A stretch of DNA of 60,097 bases, filler included, from 8 parts of 8 records of this genome joined end to end with filler, not necessarily neighbours in it; one strand, 5' to 3'; positions 19,708 to 32,019 are shown, numbered from the whole stretch's first letter. Translations and numbers: made by a program. The notes: generated by a model not told the origin, from the sequence alone.

Positions 19708-22284
19708 TTACTCTTCTTCTATATCCTCTATCATGATTACTTCTGATTCTACTATCTCTTCTTCGGTTGCTTCTTTACTTTTTTCTTTGATTTCTTCTTT
19801 TACTCCAGCAAGATCAAGCCACCTCTTTGCTTCATTAAGGTCTCTTTTTACTCCATATCCATTTTTATAAAGTTCAGCCACCTTTATTTGAGCTTCTTTA
19901 AATCCCGCTTCTGCTGCTTGTTCAAACCAATTGAACGCTAATTGATAGTTTTGCTCAATGCCTATACCATCAAAATTCATCTCTCCAAGTTTATAGCAAG
20001 CTTCTAAGTTTCCAGCATTAAATGCTTTTTTAAACCACTTCAAAGCCTCTTTCAAGTCTTGGCTAAAGCCATTTCCGTTATAATAAAGCATCCCAATATT
20101 ATATAGTGCTTTATCACTACCCTGATCTCCAGCTTTTTGATAAAGTTCATAAGCTATATCAAAATCTCTCTCCGTACCATAGCCATTTTCATACATTCTA
20201 GCTAAATTGTTATGTGCCGGTGTATAACCTGCGTCTGATGCTGACTCGTACAGTGTAAAGGCCATATTATGATTTTGGTTCACACCTTCCCCTAGTTCGT
20301 ATAACTTTGCAAGGTTATTTTGAGCAGGCGTATACGCTTTATCTGATGCTTTTTTATACCATTTGAAAGCCTCTTCATAGTTTAACTCTATTCCTTCACC
20401 AGTTTGATATGCTACCCCCAAATTATTCATTGCATTGGCATTTCCATTAAGTGCCGCAGCTCTATACCATTCAACTGATTTTTGCTCATCTTTAATTACG
20501 CCTAAACCATTACGATACATATAAGCTAAATTAACTTGAGCAGAACTGCTTCCATTTTCAGCTGCTTTCTTATACCATTTAACGGCTTCTTTGAAATTCT
20601 CTTTTAGGCCCAAACCATTCTTATACATATATCCAAGATTATTTTGAGCTTCACTATTTCCCTCTTTTTCTGCTTTTCTATAATATTTAAGCGCTTTTCT
20701 ATAACTTTGCTCTACCCCTAGGCCATCTCTATAGATAGTTCCCAGGTTATTTTCAGCAGGTGAGTAGTCTTGTTCAGCTGCTTTTTCATACCAAAATATC
20801 GCATTTTCATAATCTTCAGATAGTTTATATAGATTTCCTAATTCATTGTAAGCTGGTAAATCATTATAACTTGCCGCATTCTCAAGTAAATTCTGAGCTT
20901 CCACTAAATCCTGGTCAAAGAAAATTCCTTTTTTATACATGTATGCCATACGTACCTCTGCTTTTGCAGATCCTTTATTAATTAACTCCTGGTAAATTTC
21001 AACTGCTTCGTTATATTCACCTTTTTTGAAAAGTCGTTCAGCTTTCTTAAAGTCAGCTCTTGTTTCATTTTCTAAATTAGCTTTAAATTTAATAATATTT
21101 GTTTCAAAATATTCGTCTATCTCCTCTATATCAACATCAACATATGATTTTTCTAAATTTTCACAAAACTCCTTAATTGTATCTTCTAACAACCTAGCTT
21201 TTATTGTCTCAACCTGTGCCTCTATAAGCTCAATAACCTCGGATAGATGTGTATTATATTGTTTTTTAGTATTTGTTAAGCTCATAGCTCTGGCTATACA
21301 GTTTTTTATCTGATTTTCCGTAAGTCCTTTATCTTTTCCTATTAAAAATAGTTCTTTCTCAAGAGCTTCAGATAAGATATCCTCCGTTAATTCAGGGATG
21401 ATAATATCCTCTATAAATGATTCCAACCTGAACTCCATCAACAGTTCAGCAAAACTTCTAAACCTATCTTCACCTTTTTTCTCTAAACATCTACTTATTA
21501 TTTTCCAGTGCTTCTCAGAAACACCTTCAAATTTTTCTGGTGCTTCATTTAATATTCTATATTTTATCTCACCAAATGCAAATGGTACCTCGCCAGACAA
21601 TGTTTCATACAGCATAACTCCATATGAATAAATATCTGTTGCAAAAGCAAGCTCTTTATTCTCCAACTGCTCTGGACTCATATATTTTAATGTCCCGGCG
21701 AACTGTTGCTCCTCATCACTACCTATTACTTGAGCAACACCAAAATCGAGGAGTTTTATGCTTCCATCTTTTTTTAGCATTATGTTTTCACTTTTCAAAT
21801 CCCTATGAATAATCCCTTTAGAATGGGCATATTCCATCGCTTTAGCTATATCTATAAATATCCTATCTACATCTCCTGTGGCTAACTTTTCGTTCTCAGC
21901 GATATGTTTTTCCAGAGTTTCTCCCTCTATATACTCCATTAATATAAAAGGAGGCTCTCCTGCCTCAGCTTTATTAAATCCTAAAACTTTTACAATATTT
22001 TCATCGTCAAAAATTTCAAGTTTTCTTACTTCTTTCTCCAGCAAATCAGAAAGCTTAGAATTTTTAATTACCTTCACACAGTAAAAAACCTCTTCACTCC
22101 TATGTAAATCCTGGACTAAAAAGACCATCCCTAAGCCACCTTCACCAAGCTTTTCGATTATTCTATATCTTCCATTCAGTTTACTTCCAACCAAATCTTC
22201 TTTTGCAAGGTCAAATTTTTCACCATACAAATTGTCTGCCATAAACAAGGTATTCCCTAATATTGTTTGCTGCATATCCGGCAT
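19708..22284 (-). CDS. Hanks-type Ser/Thr protein kinase with SEL1-like repeats
   Basis: LGEGGLGMV, VKVI, HRDLKSEN, DFG, GTLKYMSPEQ and about ten SEL1 units (AQNNLGYMYKNGLG). GGAGG RBS. Confidence 0.92.
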   Translation of the reverse strand: MPDMQQTILGNTLFMADNLYGEKFDLAKEDLVGSKLNGRYRIIEKLGEGGLGMVFLVQDLHRSEEVFYCVKVIKNSKLSDLLEKEVRKLEIFDDENIVKVLGFNKAEAGEPPFILMEYIEGETLEKHIAENEKLATGDVDRIFIDIAKAMEYAHSKGIIHRDLKSENIMLKKDGSIKLLDFGVAQVIGSDEEQQFAGTLKYMSPEQLENKELAFATDIYSYGVMLYETLSGEVPFAFGEIKYRILNEAPEKFEGVSEKHWKIISRCLEKKGEDRFRSFAELLMEFRLESFIEDIIIPELTEDILSEALEKELFLIGKDKGLTENQIKNCIARAMSLTNTKKQYNTHLSEVIELIEAQVETIKARLLEDTIKEFCENLEKSYVDVDIEEIDEYFETNIIKFKANLENETRADFKKAERLFKKGEYNEAVEIYQELINKGSAKAEVRMAYMYKKGIFFDQDLVEAQNLLENAASYNDLPAYNELGNLYKLSEDYENAIFWYEKAAEQDYSPAENNLGTIYRDGLGVEQSYRKALKYYRKAEKEGNSEAQNNLGYMYKNGLGLKENFKEAVKWYKKAAENGSSSAQVNLAYMYRNGLGVIKDEQKSVEWYRAAALNGNANAMNNLGVAYQTGEGIELNYEEAFKWYKKASDKAYTPAQNNLAKLYELGEGVNQNHNMAFTLYESASDAGYTPAHNNLARMYENGYGTERDFDIAYELYQKAGDQGSDKALYNIGMLYYNGNGFSQDLKEALKWFKKAFNAGNLEACYKLGEMNFDGIGIEQNYQLAFNWFEQAAEAGFKEAQIKVAELYKNGYGVKRDLNEAKRWLDLAGVKEEIKEKSKEATEEEIVESEVIMIEDIEEE

Positions 22285-22595
22285 CTCAGCACCTCCCTGT
22301 TTTTATCGTAGATTATTAATCATAAATATAATTAAGCCAAAGCCTTTTCACTAATTTTAACATATTTTACTTGGAAAATCACTAATAAATGAAAAAGCAC
22401 TACCTATTTTCTCCTATAGAATAAACGAAAGTATTTTTTTATAAATTTAGAAAACTTTTTCAAGAAATTTTAAGCAATTAAGATTCTCGATTTTTNNNNN
22501 NNNNNNNNNNNNNNNNNNNNNNNNNNNNNNNNNNNNNNNTTAATTAATTAANNNNNNNNNNNNNNNNNNNNNNNNNNNNNNNNNNNNNNNNNNNN

Positions 22596-23575
22596 TTTAC
22601 AAAAGTTATCAGGAAATGTTTGAAAATGAAGCCAAACTTCCTGAAGGAGAACGAATGGATTTTGTAACCATTGTTACCCCAAACTTTGTTCATTTTGATC
22701 CGGCAACGATGGCACTTGACAATGGCTTTCACGTTGTGCTTGATAAACCCATCACCTTTACCCTAAAAGAAGCACTTCAACTGAAAGAAAAGTTAGATAA
22801 AACGGAATTAACACTTGCATTAACACACACTTATTCGGGATATCCTGCCGTTAAAGATGCTAAACAAAGGGTGGCAAATGGAGAACTTGGTGATATAAAA
22901 CGAATCTATGTTGAATATCCACAGGGATGGCTTTCGTCAAAATTAGAAGATTCTGGAAACCCACAGGCTAGCTGGAGAACCGATCCAAAACGGTCAGGAA
23001 AAGCTGGATGTATGGGTGACATTGGCACACATGCACATCATTTAGCGGAATATATTTCAGGATTAAAAGTAACTGAACTTTGCGCTGAACTAAATGTATT
23101 TGTCCCTGGTCGTTTGCTTGACGACGACGGCACTGCCTTATTGCGTTTTGAAAATGGCGCACGGGGTGTTTTAATGGCAACCCAGATTGCTGCAGGTGAA
23201 GAGAATGCAATAAGAATTCGCATGTACGGCGAGAAAGGCGGAATGGAATGGAACCAAATGGAACCAAACACCTTATGGATGAAATGGGCTGACCGACCAA
23301 CAGAAATGGTGCGTGTAGGAACTGGTCAAATGGGTGATATTGCTGATCACAACACACGTACTCCCGGAGGACACCCAGAAGGCTATCTGGAAGCATTTGC
23401 CAACATCTATCGCAATTTCTCATTGACTATTCGGGCAAAGATGAACGGAGAAGAACCAACCGACGCCATGCTTGACTTTCCAGGAGTTGATGATGGTATC
23501 CGTGGCATGAAATTTATCGACAAAGTGGTAGAAGCCGGATACAACGACGATATGAAGTGGATCTCATTTGAATAA
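22596..23575 (+). CDS. Gfo/Idh/MocA NAD-dependent oxidoreductase (5' truncated)
   Basis: [36 protein letters not shown]. Confidence 0.9.
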
Positions 23576-23598
23576 AAAACAACAAAACAAACAATATT

Positions 23599-24594
23599 AT
23601 GGCTAGACCAGTTACCCTTTTTACAGGACAGTGGGCAGACCTTCCCATTGAAACCATGTGCAAAAAAGCCCAGGAGTTTGGATATGACGGCATTGAACTC
23701 TGCTGCTGGGGAGACCACTTAGAAATTGACAAAGCTGACCAGACCTACTGCGACGAACGCAAATCTTTACTCGAAAAATACAACCTGAAACTGTTCTCAA
23801 TTTCAACTCATTTAGTTGGACAATGCGTATGTGATAACATTGATGAAAGACACCAAAATATTCTTCCTCCTCATATATGGGGCGATGGAGATCCTGAGGG
23901 AGTTCGGCAACGTGCTGCCAAAGAAATCATCAAAACCGGCAAAGTCGCCAAAATGCTTGGACTAGATACTGTAAACGGTTTTACCGGAAGTTCAATCTGG
24001 CATATGCTTTATTCTTTTCCTCCTGCTTCTCAAGAGATGATTGACAACGGATATAATGATTTTGCCAAACGCTGGAAACCTATTTTGGATGAATATCAGA
24101 AAATGGGTGTGAAATTTGCATTGGAAGTTCATCCGACCGAAATTGCATTTGATATTGAATCAGCCAAACGTGCACTTAAAGCTATTGACTACCATCCAGC
24201 TTTTGGATTTAACTACGATCCGAGCCATTTCGGATATCAACATGTTGACTACGTAAAATTTATATACGAATTTTCAGATCGAATTTTTCATGTTCATATG
24301 AAAGATGTGTATTGGAGCGATGTTCCTGTAACTGCTGGAGTATTTGGCGGACATGTTGACTTTGGGGATAACCGTCGTTACTGGAACTTCCGCAGTCTTG
24401 GAAGAGGAAAAATAAAATTCGAGAACATAATCCGCGCATTGAACGACATCAAATATAATGGCCCTCTTTCTGTTGAATGGGAAGATAGTGGAATGGATCG
24501 AGAAGCCGGAGCAAAAGAAGCATGCGACTTTGTTCGATACAGCGATTTTGCCCCATCAAATGTTGCTTTTGATGATGCCATGCAGAATGAATAA
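23599..24594 (+). CDS. Sugar phosphate isomerase/epimerase (xylose-isomerase-like TIM barrel)
   Basis: [46 protein letters not shown]. Confidence 0.9.
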   Translation: MARPVTLFTGQWADLPIETMCKKAQEFGYDGIELCCWGDHLEIDKADQTYCDERKSLLEKYNLKLFSISTHLVGQCVCDNIDERHQNILPPHIWGDGDPEGVRQRAAKEIIKTGKVAKMLGLDTVNGFTGSSIWHMLYSFPPASQEMIDNGYNDFAKRWKPILDEYQKMGVKFALEVHPTEIAFDIESAKRALKAIDYHPAFGFNYDPSHFGYQHVDYVKFIYEFSDRIFHVHMKDVYWSDVPVTAGVFGGHVDFGDNRRYWNFRSLGRGKIKFENIIRALNDIKYNGPLSVEWEDSGMDREAGAKEACDFVRYSDFAPSNVAFDDAMQNE

Positions 24595-24612
24595 CCTGAA
24601 TACTTAAACCAT

Positions 24613-25932
24613 ATGAAAACCGACAGAAGAACATTTATTAAAAAAACCTCAGCAGCAACAGCGGCTGTTGGATTAGCAGCCGGAATGCCAGCTGCAATGA
24701 GTGCCTGCTCCGGAGCAAATGAGAAAATTCGTTGCGGATTAATTGGTGCTAAAGGGATGGGATTTTCAAACCTCAGAGCTTTCTTAAATCAAGAAAATAC
24801 AGAATGTGTTGCCATTTGTGATGTTGACCAACGAGTTATAGATGCAAGAGTTGCTGACACTGAAAAACTTCAGGGAGTTAAACCTAAAGTTTATACAGAC
24901 TATCGAAAGCTCCTAGAAGATAAAGATGTTGATATTGTAATTATTGGCACTCCTGACCATTGGCACTGCATTCCTTTTGTTGAAGCCTGTCAGGCCGGTA
25001 AAGATGTTTATTGCGAAAAGCCTCTTGGCAATTCAATTGAAGAGATAAACATTATGGAAAAGGCTGCTAAAAAATACAACACTGTTGTGCAGGTAGGTCA
25101 ATGGCAACGAAGTGATCCGCATTGGAGAAAAGCAGTAGAATTTGTACAATCCGGGAAACTTGGGAAAGTTCGAACAGTTCGAACATGGGCTTACCAGGGT
25201 TGGATGGAGCCTGTTCCTGTAAAACCTGATCGGGAACCGCCAAAAGGTGTTGATTATGATTTTTGGTTAGGACCTGCGAAAAAACAACCCTTCAATCCAA
25301 ATCGTTTTCACTTTAACTTCCGATGGTTCTGGGATTATGCTGGAGGATTAATGACCGACTGGGGAGTACACATTATTGACTATGGTTTATTCGGCATGGA
25401 CGCTAAAGCTCCAAAATCTGTTATGGCGATGGGTGGAAAATTTGCCTACCCAAACGATGCCGCTGAAACTCCAGATACCATGCAGGCAATTTATGAATTT
25501 GACAATCACACCATGCTATGGGATCATGGAACTGGAATTGACGGAGGACATTTCGGCAGAAATCATGGTGTAGGTTTTGTTGGGAATAACGGTACTCTTG
25601 TTGTTGACCGCCAAGGTTGGGAAGTTATCCCAGAAAAGAAAAATGGCAAAGACTTAATTGAAGCCGTGCCCTTAACAAAAGGTGAAGGAAAAGGACTCGA
25701 TCTTCACTGGGCAAACTTTTTGGATGGGGTTCGTAATCGCAAATACAACTTAAATTGTAGCATTGACATAGCTGCAAATACAGCACGAGTTGCACACTTA
25801 GGTAATATTGCCTTAAAAACAGGTAGGCGTCTTTACTGGAATAGTGAAGCAAGTCAATTCATTAATGATGATGAAGCCAATAAATTACTAGTGCCAACTT
25901 ACCGTTCACCTTGGGAGTTGCCTAAGATTTAA
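24613..25932 (+). CDS. Tat-exported Gfo/Idh/MocA oxidoreductase
   Basis: DRRTFIK twin-Arg signal, GTPDHWH, YCEKP, GGLMTDWGVH. Confidence 0.9.
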   Translation: MKTDRRTFIKKTSAATAAVGLAAGMPAAMSACSGANEKIRCGLIGAKGMGFSNLRAFLNQENTECVAICDVDQRVIDARVADTEKLQGVKPKVYTDYRKLLEDKDVDIVIIGTPDHWHCIPFVEACQAGKDVYCEKPLGNSIEEINIMEKAAKKYNTVVQVGQWQRSDPHWRKAVEFVQSGKLGKVRTVRTWAYQGWMEPVPVKPDREPPKGVDYDFWLGPAKKQPFNPNRFHFNFRWFWDYAGGLMTDWGVHIIDYGLFGMDAKAPKSVMAMGGKFAYPNDAAETPDTMQAIYEFDNHTMLWDHGTGIDGGHFGRNHGVGFVGNNGTLVVDRQGWEVIPEKKNGKDLIEAVPLTKGEGKGLDLHWANFLDGVRNRKYNLNCSIDIAANTARVAHLGNIALKTGRRLYWNSEASQFINDDEANKLLVPTYRSPWELPKI

Positions 25933-25949
25933 GTATAATCCTATAGTTC

Positions 25950-25979
25950 GGAAGGCTGCCAGATTTGGTAGCCTTTCTT
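25950..25979 (+). terminator. Intrinsic terminator
   Basis: GAAGGCTGCCA-GATT-TGGTAGCCTTT stem-loop. Confidence 0.65.
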
Positions 25980-25990
25980 ATCTTTACGAA

Positions 25991-26689
25991 ATGAGTTTGT
26001 CAAATATTGAAATCATCGCTTTTGATGCGGATGATACCCTCTGGGAAAATGAAAATTTCTTTAGAGAAGCTGAAAAAGAATTCTGCGAAATAATGTCAAA
26101 CTTCAATACTGAAGAAAATGTAATGACTGAACTTTTTCAGATTGAAGTACAAAATCTAGAGATATACGGTTATGGAATAAAAGCCTTTATCCTTTCATTA
26201 ATGGAAACAGCTTTGCTGATTTCAAATCATCAGATTAGCCAGTCTCAAATTGGAAAAATTCTTCAAATTGGAAAAACCATGCTTCATAAAGAAGTAAATA
26301 TTCTTACCGGGGTTGAAGAAGTTCTTGCTAAACTATCTTCTAAATATAGATTGGTTATGGCAACCAAAGGGGATTTGCTCGATCAAGAACGAAAATTAAA
26401 AAAGTCAGGCTTAAAAAAACATTTCCATCACATTGAAATAATGACACATAAAAAAGAAGGTAACTATCAAGAGCTTATTGATCACCTTGACTTGCCTCCT
26501 GAAAATTTTATGATGATTGGCAATTCTCTAAAATCAGATGTTTTACCTGTTATAAATTTGGGGGGCACAGCAGCACATGTTCCATATTACACCACTTGGG
26601 AATATGAAAAGATGGATCCAAATGATATAAAAAGTGATAGGTTTTTTGAACTTAACGATATTCGTGGCGTTTTGGAATTACTAAAATAG
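25991..26689 (+). CDS. HAD-family hydrolase
   Basis: FDADDTLW, TKGD, IGNSLKSD. Confidence 0.9.
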   Translation: MSLSNIEIIAFDADDTLWENENFFREAEKEFCEIMSNFNTEENVMTELFQIEVQNLEIYGYGIKAFILSLMETALLISNHQISQSQIGKILQIGKTMLHKEVNILTGVEEVLAKLSSKYRLVMATKGDLLDQERKLKKSGLKKHFHHIEIMTHKKEGNYQELIDHLDLPPENFMMIGNSLKSDVLPVINLGGTAAHVPYYTTWEYEKMDPNDIKSDRFFELNDIRGVLELLK

Positions 26690-26737
26690 AGCTTCAATAC
26701 AGATTAAAGAAATTTTATACCACAGAATAGACTCGGC

Positions 26738-27541
26738 ATGGAATACAAAGGAAACATTGAAAAAATGCACACTGAATTGGCAGAACCAATTCAATATAAA
26801 TTACCAATTGGGAATCTTGAAATTGATATGAATGAACTAATTGGTACAAACGTCAAAATGGTGTTTGAAGGTCAGATCAACTGTATTTCATGTGGCAGCA
26901 AAACCAAAACTTCATTTAATCAGGGTTTTTGCTATTCCTGTTACAAAACTGTTCCCGAAGCAAGTGAAACCATTATGAGACCAGAACTCTCTAAAGCTCA
27001 ATTTGGTGTTGCCCGAGACATGGAATGGTCAGAAAAACATGACTTGATTGATCATTACGTTTATTTAGCTGCATCAAGCGATATAAAAGTTGGGGTTACC
27101 CGACACCATCAAGTTCCAACCCGATGGATTGACCAAGGAGCAAGTAGTGCAATAAAGCTAGCAAAAACCCCCAACCGGCACATTGCAGGAATAATTGAGG
27201 TTTTTCTAAAAAAATACTTCAGCGATAAAACAAACTGGAGAGAGATGCTTCAAAATAAAGTCAATAAATCCATTAAACTGATTGATGAGAAAATGAAGGC
27301 AAAACAATACCTTCCTCTTGAATTGCAACAATATGTATCTAATGATAATTCTATTCTGAACTTAAACTATCCGGTTCAAACGTTCCCTGAGAAAATAACG
27401 AGCCTAAACTTTGATAAAAATCCAGATATAGAAGGAAAGTTAATGGGTATAAAAGGTCAATACCTTCTTTTTGATCAGGATCGAGTTTTAAACATTCGCA
27501 GGCACAATGGCTATTTTCTCAAGCTAATTACGAATCCTTAA
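26738..27541 (+). CDS. DUF2797-family protein
   Basis: CISCG..TKTSFNQGFCYSC, KVGVTR..QVPTRWIDQGA, GIKGQYL. Confidence 0.85.
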   Translation: MEYKGNIEKMHTELAEPIQYKLPIGNLEIDMNELIGTNVKMVFEGQINCISCGSKTKTSFNQGFCYSCYKTVPEASETIMRPELSKAQFGVARDMEWSEKHDLIDHYVYLAASSDIKVGVTRHHQVPTRWIDQGASSAIKLAKTPNRHIAGIIEVFLKKYFSDKTNWREMLQNKVNKSIKLIDEKMKAKQYLPLELQQYVSNDNSILNLNYPVQTFPEKITSLNFDKNPDIEGKLMGIKGQYLLFDQDRVLNIRRHNGYFLKLITNP

Positions 27542-27715
27542 CATCTACTGCCTCTCAAATTGAATGGGTATTTTTATTAAAAACTATTTTTACCTGTTTT
27601 ATAGTATATCGTTAAAACATTACTTTTTGTGCCTTCATAACATATCCCTTTTATTCTCAGGCTTTTTTTTGTTATTTTAGCTGCTGAAAAGAATCGGTAG
27701 AAATCAACATAGTAT

Positions 27716-28728
27716 ATGGAAAAAAAGATTGGAAAAATATAGGCTTTGGTTATTCTAAGGCAGATTTTAATGTTCGCTGCTGGTATAAAAATGGGAATTG
27801 GGGTCCTCTGGAGATAAATGACTCAGAGCATGTTAACATGCACATTGCCGCAACCTGTCTTCATTATGGGCAAGAATGCTTCGAAGGTTTAAAAGCTTTT
27901 ATGGGAAATGATGGAAAAGTTCGTGTTTTCAGAATGGAAGAAAATGCCAAGCGTATGCAAAGTTCATGTGATGGTATTTTAATGCCTCATTTCCCAATCG
28001 AAAAATTTACCGAAGCTGTAAGCCTTGCGGTCAAAAAGAACATGAAATTCATCCCTCCATACGGGTCTGGCGCCTCACTTTATATTCGTCCTGCACTAAT
28101 AGGTACTGGTCCTGAAATAGGTGTAAAACCGTCAGAAGAGTATCTTTTTATGATATTTGTGATGCCAGTTGGTCCTTACTTTCCTGAAGGATTTAAACCA
28201 ACCGATTTGTTAATTATGCGCCAGTATGACCGTGCTGCTCCACAGGGAACCGGAAAATATAAAGTTGGAGGAAACTATGCAGCCAGCCTTACTGCCGGGA
28301 AAGAAGCCAAAAAAGGTGGCTATTCTGCGGTATTGTATTTAGATTCGAAAGAAAAAAAATACCTTGATGAATGTGGTCCTGCAAATTTCTTCGGAATTAA
28401 AAACAATACCTACATTACTCCTGAATCTGATTCTATTCTTCCTTCAATAACAAATATGAGCCTGATACAACTTGCTAAAGATTTGGGGATGGAAGTTGAA
28501 CGCCGAAAAGTTCCTGTTGAAGAGTTGGCAAGTTTTGAAGAAGTAGGTGCATGCGGAACAGCAGCTGTTATTTCTCCAATCAAACGTATTTATGATGCCG
28601 ATATTGACAAAGAATATACTTACGGGACAGAGGCTGGTCCGATGAGTACTAAATTGTATGAAAAACTTAGAGGCATACAGGATGGTGACGAACCAGATAC
28701 TCACAACTGGACAACTATTATTGAATAA
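27716..28728 (+). CDS. ilvE: Branched-chain amino acid aminotransferase (apparent frameshift in the A run just after ATG 27716)
   Basis: DWKNIGFGY, LHYGQECFEGLKAF, LYIRP, KVGGNYA, EEVGACGTAAVISP. Confidence 0.92.
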
Positions 28729-28748
28729 TCTTACCCTTCAGATATATT

Positions 28749-28779
28749 GAGCTGTTCTTAAAAGTACAGCTCTTTTTTT
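28749..28779 (+). terminator. Intrinsic terminator after ilvE
   Basis: GAGCTGT...ACAGCTC followed by T7. Confidence 0.85.
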
Positions 28780-28826
28780 GCCAAAATTTTTCAGGATGTA
28801 ATCACATGTTTTTCAGCAGAAAAATG

Positions 28827-28834
28827 TACTTTTG
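28827..28834 (+). promoter_or_regulatory. Bacteroidota-type -7 promoter element
   Basis: TACTTTTG matches TAnnTTTG, upstream of asnS. Confidence 0.6.
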
Positions 28835-28885
28835 CCTTTTCTAAAATTAATTGGAATAATTACAGAACCTGCAAAAGGACATAAG

Positions 28886-29637
28886 ATGAAACGACTGAAA
28901 ATTAAAGAGGTACTGACCGGAAGTCAAAAAGGTCAGCAAGTTTTAGTAAAAGGATGGGTGAGAACAAAACGAGGTAGTAAAAATGTTAATTTTATTGCTT
29001 TGAATGATGGTTCCACAATTAATAATTTGCAGGTTGTAGCCGATGTTGAGAAATTTGGTGAAGATTTTTTAAAAGATATTAACACCAGTGCTTCACTCGC
29101 AGTTACTGGAGATTTAACGGAATCACAGGGAAGTGGGCAATCCGTCGAACTAATTGCTACTAACATTGAGATATATGGGAAAGCCGACCCTGAAGTTTAT
29201 CCAATTCAACCAAAAAAACATACTCTAGAATTTTTGCGCGAAAATGCGCATCTGCGTTTCCGAACTGCAACATTCAGTGCTGTTTTCCGCATTCGACACG
29301 CTATGGCTTTTGCCATTCATAAATATTTCAACGACAAGGGATTTTATTACATGCATACGCCAATTGTTACAGCGTCAGATGCAGAAGGTGCAGGACAAAT
29401 GTTCCGGGTGTCAACCTTACCGCCAACAAATCCGCCAATGACTAATGAGGGTGATGTTGACTACGCACAAGACTTTTTGGAAGGGCAACAAACCTTACGG
29501 TTTCTGGTCAGCTTGAAGGAGAACTTGCCGCAACGGCATTAGGTGAAGTTTATACGTTTGGACCTACTTTCCGTGCTGAAAATTCGAATACAACACGTCA
29601 CTTGGCAGAGTTCTGGATGATTGAACCAGAAATGGCT
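28886..29637 (+). CDS. asnS: Asparagine--tRNA ligase, 5' part (frameshift ~29475, truncated)
   Basis: [30 protein letters not shown]. Continues in another frame as [10 protein letters not shown]...[24 protein letters not shown]. Confidence 0.95.
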
Positions 29638-29737
29638 NNNNNNNNNNNNNNNNNNNNNNNNNNNNNNNNNNNNNNNNNNNNTTAATTAATTAANNNNNNN
29701 NNNNNNNNNNNNNNNNNNNNNNNNNNNNNNNNNNNNN

Positions 29738-32019
29738 AATCTGTTCCGATAGTGAAACCGATTTAGCTATCTATTTGCTGAAAACAAAGGACATATCAAC
29801 AATTCATCCTTTGTTGTCAGAAAAATTTCCAGATATTCAATTGCCGGATCCGGAGGGATACTCATTATCAGTAAATAATCATGGTGTATTGATCTGTGGT
29901 ATAGATGACAGAGGTCTCATGTATGGAGTGGGTAAACTACTGCGTAAGATTGAATTCAGAAAAAGTGAACTAACAATCGAATATTTGGTTATTAACTCAA
30001 ATCCTCAAAATGAATTTCGCGGGCACCAGTTGGGGTATCGTCCAAAAACCAATGCTTATGATGCCTGGTCTAAGGATCAATATAAAACATATATAGAAGA
30101 CCTTATTCTGTTTGGTGCAAACGGAATCGAGATATTGCCGCCAAGAACAGATGATGATGCAGATGGACCGCTACTGAAATACGATCCGCTTGAAATGATG
30201 GTCTACTTATCGGAACTAATTTCCAGTTATTATATTGATGTCTGGATTTGGTATCCAAACATGGGAACGGATTATACCGATTCAGAATTGGTTCTTCGGG
30301 AACTTGAAGAGAGAGCTGAAATATTCAAACGATTGCCCACCATAAACCATCTGTTCATTCCCGGTGGAGATCCGGGAGAAATGGAACCGGATAATTTATT
30401 TGCGCATATGAGTGATATCGCCTCAATCCTGAAAAAGGATCATCCGGATGCTAAAATATGGATATCTCCGCAATCGTTCAAGGAACAAAAATCCTGGGTA
30501 GATGGGTTTATTGATCACATCAATAGAAAGCCTGACTGGTTGGGCGGTGTGGTATTTGCTCCCTGGGTAAGAACATCAATTAAAGAGTTGAGAAGTAGAG
30601 TTTCAAAAGATATCCCTATTAGAAGATATCCAGACATAACTCATTCATATGCTTGTCAGTATCCTGATATTGATTGGGACTTGCCTTATGCCTTAACTTT
30701 GGGCAGAGAATGTATTAACCCAAGACCTGAACGAGAAAAAGATTCACAATATATTCAGTGAGTATGCAAATGGCAGTGTTTCATATTCAGAAGGTATTAA
30801 CGACGACCTGAATAAATTTGTTTGGAGTGATCAGGACTGGGATAAGACGATTAATCCCCGGCAGACTGTTGAAGAATACTGTTCAGTTTTTATTTCATCA
30901 GCATATAAAAGGGCAATTGCTGATGGGATTTATGCGTTGGAGAAAAATCTATATGGACCAATGATCTCCAATATGCATATTGATACGTCACTTGCATATT
31001 GGAAAAACTTGGAAAAATCTGTACCGGTAAACATACGGGAAAATTATAGATTTCAACTCTTTTTACTCAGGGCTTATTATGATGCCTTCATAAAAATACG
31101 TCTTATACATGAAACGGCCCAATTTTCCGGTGTTATGGCTCTTTTAGATGATAAAACCAAACAAACTGACACGGCAATTGAAGAATGTCTTGCATTACTG
31201 AGGAAAACACCTGAACAAGTTTATTCCCTGAATTATCGTGAAAAGTGTTTTATGCTTGCCGATTCCCTGTTTGAGAAAATTGGTGCCCAGTTGACAGTTG
31301 AGAAACACAAAGGAATTGCGTGGAACCGGGGAGCTTTCCTGGATGCAATTGATATTCCATTAACCAGCTCGGAGTGGTTGATTGATAATTTGGAATGTAT
31401 AGCAAAATTACCGCAGCCTGCAGACAGAGGCGCTGCTTTAGAAAAATTGACATATAGGAAATGCCCGGAGCCGGGAACTAAGTATATTAATTTTGGAGAA
31501 CCAGGCAGTCTTTCATATGTGATAGATAACTATAATGCAAAAGACTACAATGATCCCGGGGTGCTGCGGTCACCATTTATTGCCTATGCAACACCGCTTT
31601 TATACGAAAAGGGAAAAGATGGTGTTAAGGGAATAACAAAAAACCAATATGAGGAATATGGCCCGGTTCCTTTGGAATGGGTAAGCACACTGACTACTTT
31701 GTATGATACACCGCTGAAAGTTCGGATCAATAATCTTGACCCGGACAAAGACTATGTATTGAAAGTTGCTTATGTTGGAATTTACTACATAACGGATTGG
31801 GGCGGAACCGCTATAAAACTTATTGCGGATAAAGATACCCTTATCCATGATTATTACGATATTACTGGAAAGTGTGAAATTAAAGAGTATCAGTTACCAC
31901 GGAAAACAACATGTAATGGTATGCTTGAATTATGCTGGAGTACCAGAAAGGGAGAGCAGGGACCAAATATTGCTGAACTCTGGTTAATACCAAAACCTGA
32001 ATCTGATGGAAATATCTAA
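29738..32019 (+). CDS. Uncharacterised glycoside-hydrolase-like protein (GH20/GH67-type N-terminal domain), frameshift near 30735, 5' truncated
   Basis: EGYSL...ICGIDDRGLMYGVGKLLR, RGHQLGYRPKTNAYDAW. The reading continues into the 30937..32019 frame via SYSEGINDDLNKFVW. Confidence 0.55.

Noticed and set aside
27716-29637. Pseudogenes or programmed frameshifts in ilvE and asnS (also leuS, wzt and the carbamoyltransferase)
   Set aside because: Single indels, mostly at homopolymers, in otherwise intact and often essential genes across unrelated contigs are better explained by sequencing error.
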